Shown piece after piece: positions 53,065 to 64,000 of a stretch of DNA of 64,000 nt. The DNA comes from Eledone cirrhosa. Its lineage: Eukaryota. The notes below the pieces were generated by a model, which was given only the letters and a program-made list of their open reading frames with translations, searched no databases and was not told where the DNA came from. Within the stretch, counting starts at the first letter, position 1; each line of letters starts with the position of its first letter. A program made the translations under genes and the position numbers. The stretch is taken from the NCBI GenBank assembly GCA_964016885.1, contig OZ024741.1, positions 74,400,001 through 74,464,000 on the forward strand. The letters are read 5' to 3'.

Positions 53065-53664
53065 CTATAACATTAAATAAAAAGCCTGCTTTGAAACAAC
53101 AGAAGACAGAAGTATATTTGGTAAAACTTGAAAAATGTGTAATTAACTCTCTTGATACCAACTTGTACAAACTGTTCTTTTGAAATTGAACAACACTGCC
53201 CACTTTAAAGGGCTCCTATTTAAATTAAAACCTTCAAACATAATTTCATATAAGTATTTTTTGGTAAGTGATGTTACAAAACCATCTTAATAATACTTAA
53301 TAATAAAATAGTTAATTATTTTAGTAAATCCCTTCAAATTCTTCATTAATGAAATGAAATAGTGTATTTTGTTAAAAATATGGTCATGAAGGAGAGGGAG
53401 TATTTATATTTATTTAAAAACCTTTTATCATAGTTTTCTGTGAGAATCTTTCTTAAATTCTGCTCCTAATACAAGCTTAATAACAAGAAAGTTATTTTAT
53501 CAAATCTCACCACATTTTTTTATCATTTTCAAAATTATTTGAAAATCATAAGCAGTGTCTTCATAAGAAATATGGTACAAAAAAGAGTTAAAGAGTTTTT
53601 TTTCTTTTTGATCAGAAATTCATTAATATGAAGGGATTTACACCTGCAGTATATATATTTTTTG

Positions 53665-53947
53665 TATGCCCCCACACCCTCCCACTGCAAGGTGGTCGTG
53701 GAGGTGCCACGGCAAAAAAGCACCCAACCCACACAGTAAAGTGGACGCGTAGGCGCCACGAAAAAGCACCCACCACTCACTGTAAATGAGGTTGGTGTTA
53801 GGAAGGGCATCCAGCTGTAGAAATCAAGCCAAATCAGTTCCTGTATGAGCAAGGTATGGTCAACCGACCAGACACTGCCCACAACAGGACAACCCGTCTA
53901 ACCCATGCTAGCGTGGAAGAATGGACGTAAAACGGTGATGATGATGT
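53665..53947 (+). mobile_element. RTE 3' UTR-only fragment
   Basis: Close match to about 63350-63636, ending in GATGATGATG. Confidence 0.8.
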
Positions 53948-54047
53948 ATATAAACATGTTTGATTTATAATGAAAACAAGTGAGAATTTTGCTTCAGTTA
54001 TTCAGGGAAGACAAATTATTTTTTTAATTCTTATTGTGTAACTTTAA

Positions 54048-54272
54048 CCCTTTCATTACAATATTTCTAATGAAATACACTGTATTTGCAATAGTTATTG
54101 AATAATTTGGTGGGATTTATTAAAATTATTAATTATTTCCTTATTAAGATGGTATTTTTAACATAATTTAACAAAAGTAAAGATATGTTGGAAGGCTTTA
54201 ATTTGAATAGAAATCCTTTAAAATGTGTGGTTTTATGAAACAAGGATTTTGAGAAGGTTAGTATCAAAAGAG
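54048..54272. mobile_element. piggyBac-like MITE
   Basis: TTAA|CCCTTTCATTAC ... GTATCAAAAGAG|TTAA. Further copies occur near 1281, 2760, 13630, 16720, 24040, 24825, 35150, 45000, 50425, 53145 and 60800. Confidence 0.72.
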
Positions 54273-54490
54273 TTAATTACACCAATTATCTTTCAAGTTT
54301 TACTGAAAATCTATACAACAACTAAAAAATTTCTGACAATAATATTTCACTAAGGCAGTCAATAGATGTTGACAAATGTGAATATAATAGAATTTGAATC
54401 AATGCATGTTGTGTGTTGCAATGTAAAAGCAATGTTCCACAGATACGTGTACCCTTCATGTAACTCACAGGCAGAATCAGAGTGACACAA

Positions 54491-55189
54491 TCTATATATA
54501 TAAAACTGAGGTTGTCTGTCTGTCTACTAAAACCTTCGGCACACATCTCCTCTTAAACCGTACGTTCAAATTTCGGTGAAATTGCTACACTTATAGATGA
54601 AGGTCTGGCGGAACCATCGGTCAAATAAATTTTCAAATAAGTTCTTGTTTTTGATTATGTCATCTATATATATAAAGCTGTGGTTGTCTGTCTGTCTATC
54701 GATTTTTGGCACACATCTCCTCTTAGAATCTCTGACGGAATTGAACCGAAATTGCTATACTTGTACATTGAGCCCTAGCGAAGACATCGGGAAAAAAATA
54801 TTTCAAATTGACCCACCCTATGTGACGAAATCGAATCTAATGTATCGATTTTTGAGCGTAAGTGACGAGTTATTTCCCTTTGTTCTGTTTACATTGAGCG
54901 TCTTATGTTGTTTTTCTCTGCGTTGCAGTGTTTACATTTTCGATCTTTGTTAATAAATAACCAGTGCAGTTTTTATCCCCAGCATCCTCTTTTGTTATAA
55001 CATTCGGGTTATCGTTATGTTTTCTTAACTTCATAAGGCATATTGTTGGTTGAGGGAATATTAATCAAAAACACCACATGCAAGTCTGCACAGTAGACAC
55101 TACAGTTTTTAAGCCAAAAAAGAAACTTAACATTGTAACTTTAACACAGCTACTGAGCGACCCCGAGCAACGCCGGGCTTTACTGCTAG
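54491..55189 (+). mobile_element. Non-autonomous Helitron with duplicated 5' end
   Basis: A|TCTATATATATAAA start, a second 5' terminus at 54663, GC hairpin CCCGAGCAACGCCGGG (55162-55177) and a CTAG|T end, with no TSD. It interrupts a SINE-like repeat. Confidence 0.88.
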
Positions 55190-55837
55190 TATATGATAAG
55201 GCTGGACCTTTAAATCACAGGTAAGGTACACTCCATCTGACAGTGTTTTGCACAGTTTCCATGTTGAGGCTATGATAAACATGATATCTTAGATACCATT
55301 TAGTGGGATTGAACACAGGACCTCATGCTTGCAAAGCAAACTTCTTAACCACTTAGCCGAGTTTGAATAATAGTTTGATCTAGAGAGCAACACAACAATT
55401 TGTATGACATGATTAATTGGTGATACATGATGGAATTAATTTGGCTAACAACCTCCTTGAAGTCAAGATCATCATTATCATGCTCTCCTTTTCATCACCT
55501 TTTTACATTTGCTTTCTGTGCTGGTATGGGCTGCATGGGTTGTTATTGTTTTAGACAGTAGGGTTGTAAATTCTTGTATCATGCATACATTCCATTTATG
55601 GCATGGTTTCTACAGCATGATCCCTTTCCTAATGCTAACAAATATTCAGAGAAGATGTGAAAATATGAATATATATTGTTCTCACTCTCTTTCATTTTCT
55701 CTCTTTCTCTCTCCAAGCCTCAAATATATAGCTATTGCTTCTCTCACAGTAACACTGTCATCAAACTTTCATTCTACTCTTCCATAACTGCCTTTCTCTC
55801 TCTCTACCCTGTTGAGGACACAAATGCCCTAGTATTT

Positions 55838-56030
55838 GTGCAATAATAAAATTCACCCAGTACCGTCTGCAAAGTGGTGATGCTGGTGTCACAATAAAAT
55901 GCACCCAGTACACTCTGTAAAGTAGTAGTGTTGGTGCTATGATAAAATGCATCCAGTAAACTCTGTAAAGTGGTAGTGGTGGTGCTTTGATTAAATACAC
56001 TCAGTACACTCTATAAAATGATTGACATTA
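55838..56030 (+). repeat. 48-bp tandem repeat (4 units) in an RTE 3' UTR remnant
   Basis: CCCAGTA-like anchor at 55856, 55904, 55952 and 56000. Confidence 0.75.
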
Positions 56031-56594
56031 GAAAAAGCATCTTGCCATAGAAATAATACCAAATATAGAACACATGAGAAAGACATGCTTTTTTGACCAG
56101 TCTAGTCTTGGACTGTGATGACTCATCCAACCCCACCATGAAGAATGGACAGATGATGATGATGATGATCTTTTTATAAGCCTACATAGGCTGGTAGTTA
56201 TTAACATTTATAATATGCATACGTTTTCCCACTCAGATTCATATATTATTAAACAAGTGAAAAGAAATATGCAATATAAAATTCAAGATTGTAGAGTTGA
56301 TGCTGGGATAATATAAAGAAAAATCATTTGATCAATGTAATTAACAAAGCAGTGCCTATGGATGTGGTTATATTCTACTAATTAGACAGAAATAATAAAG
56401 TTATTAATTATATTAGAATCCCAGAAGAAAGGAATTTCCACCCTGTTATGAACAGTAATGAAGTTATATATTAGAATATATCAATATCTCTGTCAGCAAG
56501 ACATTGTAATCTAATTTTTCACAATAAAGAAAGGAGTTTTCATTATCAACTGCATCTTAAAAATGCTAACGTTACGAGTTTCTTTTGAGACAAA

Positions 56595-56860
56595 TCATCA
56601 TTGTCATCATCATTGCCACCATTTCACCATCATTAGTATCCTAACCATCAACAGCTTCACAACCATGAGCATCCTCACCATCATGAGTGCCAATTTCATT
56701 CTCACCATCACCAGCACCATCATTAACATCACATCACCCTCACCTTCACCATCACCAACATCATCCTCAGCATCACCTGTATCATCACCATAACCAGCAT
56801 TACCCCCTACCAATATCATTACTTCAAGTATCCTCATCCTCAACATCATCCTTACGACCA
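56595..56860. repeat. Decayed (CAT/CAC)n trinucleotide low-complexity tract
   Basis: Triplet periodicity produces spurious His-, Met- and Val-rich ORFs. Confidence 0.8.
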
Positions 56861-57831
56861 CCTCTGACTAAAAGAGTCAGAGAATTACGTCTTGCTCATA
56901 CATTCCACAATTTGGTATATTTCTATGGCCTGATGCCCATCCTAACACCAAAATCTTTACAGAGTGCCCTGGGTGAATTTTGACATGGCAACATTATTAG
57001 ATAGGTTGTCATATACTCAGCAAGACTGAAGAGTCATCTCGTCTCTAAATTGAATCAATTTGATCATCAACCACTTTTCAGAGTGTACTGGGAGCATTTT
57101 ATCATGGCACTTACAACCACAGAGTCCTCACTACCCTACATTGTCTTGGTTTGTTCATCAACCACTTTACAGGGGCTACTGAATATATTCCATTGTGACA
57201 TCAACACTAGATTGGTTATTTCATTCACAGCATGCTAAAAGGGACATTTCCTTTCCATGCAGTTTCTGATTTTTCACCAAAACTATGTGAAAGAAATTCT
57301 CATTCCACTGTATTTTCAATGTTGCATGTCAGAATAGTTTTAGTGTTGTTGTTTATTTAATTTATATCACATTTCATGAATGATAGCATCACTGATTACA
57401 GGTGTGCAATGGGTCAGTCACCTGTTCACTGCATTTATAATGATGACAGGGACTGGGAATTATCTGTGCAACTTGGTGGAACAAATATTATACATGCTGT
57501 TTTTATTGAAAAGCAAAGCATCAGATTAAATTGTGGGTTTTCTTGCTGATGTTTTATATTTTCCACTGATATATATCAACAAAAGATATACACACAAGCA
57601 TATATATATGTATGTGTGTGTATATATATATATATATACACAAACATATAATTGTTATTATTAGTGACTGCTTACTTGAAAGTTTTGCTGAAATAAACAG
57701 CCAGTATTAATAACAATCATTATCTTGATTCTATATACAGTGTGCAAATCCTTATTTCAGTGCAGGTTTAGTGTTTATCATGTAAAACCATAAAACTAGC
57801 ACATCTCTCTCTCTATATACTGTATATATAT

Positions 57832-59388
57832 CATCATCATCATCATTTAACCTCCATCTTCCACGGTTTTGTTCCATTTGATGCGGGATTGGTCTGGAGA
57901 CCGTGTCTCGCTTATACGCAAGTGTCTCTGGCAGGTTTTCTATGACTAGATGCCCTTCCTAACAACAACCACATTTGCAGTGTGGACTGGGAGCCTTGTT
58001 ACCATGTCTCTTACACAACCACTTTACAGTGTGGACCGGGTGCTTTTTGTTGTCTCACCGACACAGTGGACGGAAATGAGAGGATGGGGTAGGGTGTGTG
58101 AGGTGGGGTGTATATTGGGTTAAGAGATGCCTACTGACTATAGGTTTGTATGCAAGGGTAGGCGGGTCTTCTGTACAACTGCATGGTGCCAAAGATCTCG
58201 ATCCAGTGACATTGTCTTAGAGAGGTGTAAGTGAACAAGGTCAATTCTTATCACCTCGTCCCAGATTTTTCTTGGTTTATCCACTCCATAGTTTCCATCA
58301 ATTTTCATTGCTCTGCACTTTTTTATACAGCTGTTATCTTCCATACGCATCACATGGCCATACCAATGCAATCTCCTCTCCAGAACACAACATTTGATAC
58401 CTTTTATGCTTCGTCTCTTTCTCTCAATTCGTTTATACTGCGCCATTCGCGCACATTACTATTACACATCCATTGGAGAATGCAAACTTCATTTCTTTCT
58501 AATCTACGCAAGTCTTCAGCACACAACGCCCAGGTCTCACTATCATGTCATATCGCCATTTGTATACAAGCATTATACAATCAGCCTTTCACTTTTAGAG
58601 AAAAACCCCTTCTGGCCAACAGCGGTATTAGCACTCTGAACTTTTTCCATCTCGATCTAACTCTGGCTACTACACTTTCAGAGCACCCCCCTCCAGTGCT
58701 GATTTTGTCACCCAGATAACGGAAGGTGTCTACCATTTCTATAGAACCATCTGGGCAGTTGAAGGAGATATCATCCAGTGGGTCGTTGCTACTTACTGCA
58801 CCTGAGCATTGGCCACATATAAATCTACATTCTTAGATAGCTTGCCTGTGATCCCACTACATCTTTTATGTACCCATAATTTGCATTTGGGGCATAGCAT
58901 GGAACTTCTACCTACTGCTTTCTTACACACTGAGCATGGCCATTTCCCAGAGGGCACCTGTGCCCTATTCTCCTTTCTACATACTAGAACTTTAGTCTTA
59001 GACAGTTACCTCTAAGGCCTTTTGATTCTAAGCCATGCTTCCATGTTTGGAACTTCTTCTTCTCTAGTTCAGCCATGGATTCAGCTATGAAAGTTAGATC
59101 ATCTGCATATAGAAGTTTCCATGGGCAGCCAGTCTTAAACCATTCTGTTATAGCTTGTAGGACAATAATAAACAGGAGGGGGCTAAGGACACAGCCCTGG
59201 TGAACCCCTACCATTACACTAAATTCTTCACTATATTCATAGTTAATTCTAACCTTACTGACTGTTCCTCCATACATGGCTTGTATATCTCTCACAAGCC
59301 ATTGATCTACTCCTAGTTTTCTAAGAGCCCACCAGATTAAGGTATGTGGGACTCTGTCAAAGGTTTTCTCCAAGTCAACAAAAGCTAA
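57832..59388 (-). mobile_element. RTE family 1-related copy, frameshifted, between (TA)n tracts
   Basis: Minus-strand ORFs include LAFVDLEKTFDRV, LLYADDL and RRLHWYGHVMR. PHD remnant at about 58800-58940. (CAT)n tail at 57832-57846. Confidence 0.92.
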
Positions 59389-59419
59389 TATATATATATA
59401 TATATATATATGACTAAAA

Positions 59420-60395
59420 TCCAAAGAGGGCTCGATAAGGATAAATATATATCAAATATATAAGAATCGTAGAGCAAATATTTATTAAAATAACAGATTA
59501 AATTTTAAGAAAAGAATCGCTGCTTTCACCCTTAACGGGATCTTCTGAAACTAAAATAATCAATCTGTGAGCGCAGAAGTAAATATTTCAAAAAACGTTG
59601 CAACCGAAGGAAGACAGGAAGACAATACTTTGGTTCGTGGAAACGTTCCCTGGCAAAGAACGGAAAAACGAAGATAATACGTCATTATTTGGAGCGGTGA
59701 AAACAATTACACGCAAAGATAAAACCACGTTTGTGGTATAAATGAAGTCGTAGACTAATATTCTATTAGGTGGTTCGTGGAGACATTCTCCAGCAATGAA
59801 TGGAAAAAATGAAGATAATACTCCTTCTTAAAGGGTTAAGAAAAGAATGGGTATGCATGTAAAGACGCTGCTTGAATCTATTGGCGATTAACCCTATGTA
59901 GGCCCTACGGGACGTGGGTGTTTCAACCTTACATTTGTAGACAATGTTACTAGAGAGGCATTTCCCGGATAGGGGGCAGTCAACCCAATTCCTACAATTA
60001 CAGTTAGTACTAGCTACAGGGTTGCATGTGTTCCTACGGCTAGGTAATTTAGCTAAATTTGAAGCAGTGATGTTATGTGCAAGGTTAGGAGTCGTAGAGT
60101 AAATAATTTAAATGGTATTTCTATTAAAAATTTTACTATATATATGTGCTGGGGGGAAATGCTTCATAATAAGGGAGAGAAAGCTAATGGTGTGGCCACC
60201 TCCATATTATATGGTGGGTTATACCATATAATGCGTCGGGATCTATTTTTCCTAGGTCTATTCTCATACTCTGTATATGCTACCTTACCGACAAATCCAC
60301 TCCGAGCAAGAGCTTCATTGTAATATGTGGAATGGTCGGTGAAGATATGCTCGTTTGTAGATAGACGGGAAAGCCTCAGGGTTTGTATAGCTTTT
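59420..60395 (-). mobile_element. Penelope-like element remnant A (RT C-terminus, GIY-YIG endonuclease, 3' end with hammerhead-like motif)
   Basis: Hand translation gives RLSRLSTNE..., RSRRIIWYNPPYN and NCNCRNWVDCPLSGKCLSSNIVYKCKVETPTSRRAYIGLIANRFKQRLYMH. Flanked by (TA)n. Confidence 0.85.
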
Positions 60396-61254
60396 ATATT
60401 CTATATATATATATATATATAAAAGGGTAAAGACCCCCTTTGGTCATGAATGACCATGGGATTTGCACCTAGAAAGTATCCTTCTGAGGCACAAGTCTGG
60501 GCAAGGTTGTTTGTGGAAGACTAGCAGTCACCCATGCATACCACCTTCCCCTCTTGACGCCACCGATGATGTCCAAGGGAAAGACAATGACCGACACAGC
60601 TTGCACCAGTGATGTCACAACTTATTTCACATATATATATACACACACACCCATCAGGGAAAGTAGGTGTTAAATGATAATGAATGAATAAAAAATAAGC
60701 TTCTGCATATCTTTAATTACTAGATTTCAGTTACAAGGGTTCAATCAACCAAGAGCTATGACTCAGAACATTTAATCAAGATGTTGCATATGAGATCAAG
60801 TTTTGATATCAAATCACCTTAAACCACTCCCAGATCTATGATACAAGACTTTTCTTTAACCTGTTTATATTTATCTAAAGACCTTCATAATTTATGTAAG
60901 AAACTTTTTTAAGACATGATCCAAACACCAACTTAATAATGAGTAAGTTAGTTACTTTACAAAATTCTTCCAAATGTCTGATTATTTTCAAAATGATTTG
61001 AAAATCATGGGCCGTGTCTTTCCTAAGAAATATAGTAATGAAAGGGTTAAAAAATAAATTCAATCGGATGTGAAATTCTATCTGGCAAAATGGTAAAAGA
61101 ATTCCATCATGTAATTCTCCCTGGATCCTATTTTAATTGAATTTATATGGAGGAAGTAAACAATCCCTTATGGGAATACAATTAGAAAATTGATGGTTTA
61201 TTAACCTTTGTGGTAGGAAATTAGAAAAAAGGAGAATATGTGTATGACCATTCT

Positions 61255-61965
61255 TTTCCTCTCTTATTACGTGGTGTGTGTGTGTGGGAATCTAACGAGG
61301 GGGGGGGGGGGGTGATTACATATTTAATTTTGGTTTAAATTTGTTAATAAATAGTTTTTCTTTATTTATTCTTTGTTGTTGAGTGAAAGAATCGGGGCAC
61401 TTGTAAAGGGGAAAGATTATAAGTTGAGTAGTGTCATTCCTGCCCAATCTGCAATGTGGCTACTTAAAGGGATTTTTCTTGTGCTTACGTCTTGGATTTG
61501 TTGGCGATGGATGGTCATTCTTTTGCTTAATGACACACCCGTCTTTCCTATGTAGTTATGTTAACAGCCACCACATGTGATTACGTATATCAGGTTTTCT
61601 GAGTTGCAAATGAAGTTGTTTTTTACTGTGAAAGTTTGGTCATCTTTAAATGTGAATTTTTGTCCTTCAATTAAGTATAGGCATGCGCCACAGTTTGTTC
61701 ATCTGTATATTGTTACCGTAAGGTTGGAGATTGGTTTGTGTATTTTTGTTCCAGTGAGAATGTGTTTTAGTGATTTGGGTTGCCTTTCACTTTTAATGAT
61801 CTTGTGTGTTTCTATGATTTTTTTTCCTTTTTCATCTTTGAATAGAATGGGGAGGTTTTTGTGTAGGAGGTCGAACATTTCGGTGCTTCTGGGGTTGAAG
61901 GTGGATACATATGGTAAGGTATTGTTTTTGAGAACCACAAATGTATTGATTACTTGTCTCAGCTT
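61255..61965 (-). mobile_element. Penelope-like element remnant B
   Basis: LPYVSTFNP, RQPKSLKHILT, CGAC and NLIYVITCGGC*HNYIGKTG...RMTIHRQQI (GIY-YIG). Confidence 0.85.
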
Positions 61966-62084
61966 ATAAATGGGGTTTAGATTGTTGCCTATTTCTCAGA
62001 CATAAAATAGAGAGATGTCGGGAAGGCAGCGGCTCATATTTGAGTATATACAGAATATATATATATATTGTATATTTAGTTGAA

Positions 62085-63105
62085 TCACCAGTCTGTATAG
62101 TCAATCAGGTAATACAGGATGGTGACATACCCAATAACTGGAGCAGCAGTACAATAATAAATTGCTACAAAGACAAAGGTGATACCCTAGAAAGGAGAAA
62201 CTAGAGACGAATAAAACTAATGGACCAAATTATGAAAGTGATGGAAAGAGTTATAATGGAACTAATTAGAGAAAAAGTCAAATTAGATGTGATGCCATTT
62301 GGTTTCATGCTTGGGGAAAAAAGTCCTACAGATGCCCTCTTTTTAGTGAGGCAACTACAAGAGAAATTCTTAGCCAGAAAATAAGTCAGTATACCTAACT
62401 TTCATTGACCTAGAAAAAGTGTTTGCTAGAATACCCCGATCTATTATCTGGTGGTCCTTAAGGAAATTAGGTTTAGAAGAATGATTGGTGAGAGCAGTGC
62501 AAGTTATGTAAAGAAGAGCTGTCAGCAAAGTGAGAGTAAGAATTGAGTTTAGTGAGGTATTCAAGGTACAAGTAGGAGTTCATTTATATTTGTTTCTTAG
62601 TTCGCTACTATTCATTATAGTCCTCCAGGTTTTAACAAAACAGTTTAAGACTGGCTGCCCATGGGAACATCTCTATGAAATGATCTGGCTTCTGCTATCT
62701 AGGCAACATAATTAGAAATGGATGAGGCTGCTCTGAGAGCATAACAGCTAAAATAAGGACAGGGTGGAAAAAGTTCAGAGAGCTACTCCAACTGTTGACC
62801 ACTAAAGTTTTAAGAGAAATCCAAGGTAGTGTGCAGGAGAGAAGACTGCGTTGGTTTTGACATGCGATGCGCATGGACAATGATCGTCAGTTGAAGAAGT
62901 GCCAGGAAATGCCAGAGTAAGGAAGCCGCAGTAGAGGTAGACCAAGAAAGATATGAGCAGAGGCTGGAAAGCTGACCTCAAATTACTGAGACTCACAGAG
63001 GTAATGACAAAGGATCGTGATGCATAGAGAGATGCCATGTTGTGAAGGACCTGTCCAACCCAGGCAAGCATGGAGAAGTGGACGTAAAAATGAGGATGAT
63101 GATAA
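62085..63105 (+). mobile_element. Degenerate, internally deleted RTE family 1-like copy
   Basis: Remnants of KGDTLERRN, FIDLEKVF, KTGCPWE and WKKFRELL with many stops, ending in a GAT-type tail. Confidence 0.8.
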
Positions 63106-63145
63106 TTATACACACACACACACACATAAATAATATATATATATG

Positions 63146-63638
63146 ACAGCTGCAGAGCACTAGAAGTCAATAGAAACCATGGAGTGGGGAGACCCAAGAA
63201 GACCTGGGATGAGGTGATAAAAGCCGACCTTACCCAATTACACCTCACAAAGGCGATGACACACGACTGTAACCTCTGGCATCACGCAGTAATACAGAAG
63301 ACCTGACCCCCCCACGGGTACAAGCCGAAGCTGAAGCATATAGACAATATGCCTCCACACCCTCCCACTGCAAAGTGGTCGTGGAGGCTCCACGGCAAAA
63401 AAGCACCCAGCCCACACTGTAAAGTGGCCATGTAGGCACCACGGAAAAAAGCACCCAGCACTCACTGTAAATGAGGTTGGTGTTAGGAAGGGCATCCAGC
63501 TGTAGAAATCAAGCCAGAATCAGTTCCTGTATGAGCAAGACAAGGTCAGCCGACCAGACACTGCCCACAACAGGACAACCCCGTCTAACCCATGCTAGCG
63601 TGGAAGAACGGATGTAAAACGGTGATGATGATGATGAT
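63146..63638 (+). mobile_element. RTE 3' fragment (ORF end, 3' UTR, (GAT)n tail) between (TA)n tracts
   Basis: GRPKKTWDEVIKADL followed by a UTR nearly identical to 53665-53947. Confidence 0.85.
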
Positions 63639-64000
63639 ATATATTTATGCATCTATGAATCATATTTCTAAATAACTGTTGAATATATTCCTACATTTTT
63701 ACTTAACACAAATATTGATTATTATATATATATATATATATAATTATATTACCTACAAACTGTGCCATGCTGAATCACCTCACGAGATACATTAAGAATA
63801 TATAACATTTTCATTTTCAAGGTGGTGTTTGAATCATAGAATCACCATTATAATGAAATGTTTTTTTTTTTTTTTTATTACATAAATATAAACATTTTAT
63901 ATCAAACAGTTTTGTATCATAGAACCAAGAGTGGATTCTGGCAGATAGTTATCAAAAGCTTGCTTGTTGATAATAAATACAAGTTTCCTGAAAGCTGGGA

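Noticed and set aside
52928-53203. 91-aa minus-strand ORF overlapping the DGK exon
   Set aside because: It is in a different frame from the conserved exon and extends into MITE sequence.
56563-56983. His/Ser/Met-rich ORFs
   Set aside because: Translation of a decayed (CAT)n tract.

Overview
AT-rich eukaryotic (animal) genomic DNA. The repeat landscape (RTE LINEs with (GAT)n tails, tRNA-derived SINEs, dense TA/CA/CAT microsatellites) most resembles an octopus or other cephalopod genome, though this is an inference. The window is almost entirely intronic. Three tiny phase-0 exons on the minus strand (52981-53064, 36295-36369, 15000-15056) splice in frame into the first C1 domain of a type IV diacylglycerol kinase (DGKzeta/iota, rdgA-like). 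The ORF track misses all three. The introns are packed with mobile DNA: a young RTE LINE family with a PHD finger inside ORF2, a second RTE family lacking it, a CR1 fragment, three different Penelope-like (GIY-YIG) remnants, a non-autonomous Helitron, piggyBac-like TTAA MITEs and several SINE families. The most notable unannotated signal is a set of minimal hammerhead ribozyme motifs, nearly all sense to the DGK pre-mRNA. Four lie within about 380 bp around a perfect 64-bp palindrome. Other notable structures are a SINE triplet stacked in one 18-bp target site, a twin-priming-type inverted SINE and a fold-back inverted duplication. Repeat boundaries were read by eye and are approximate unless stated.
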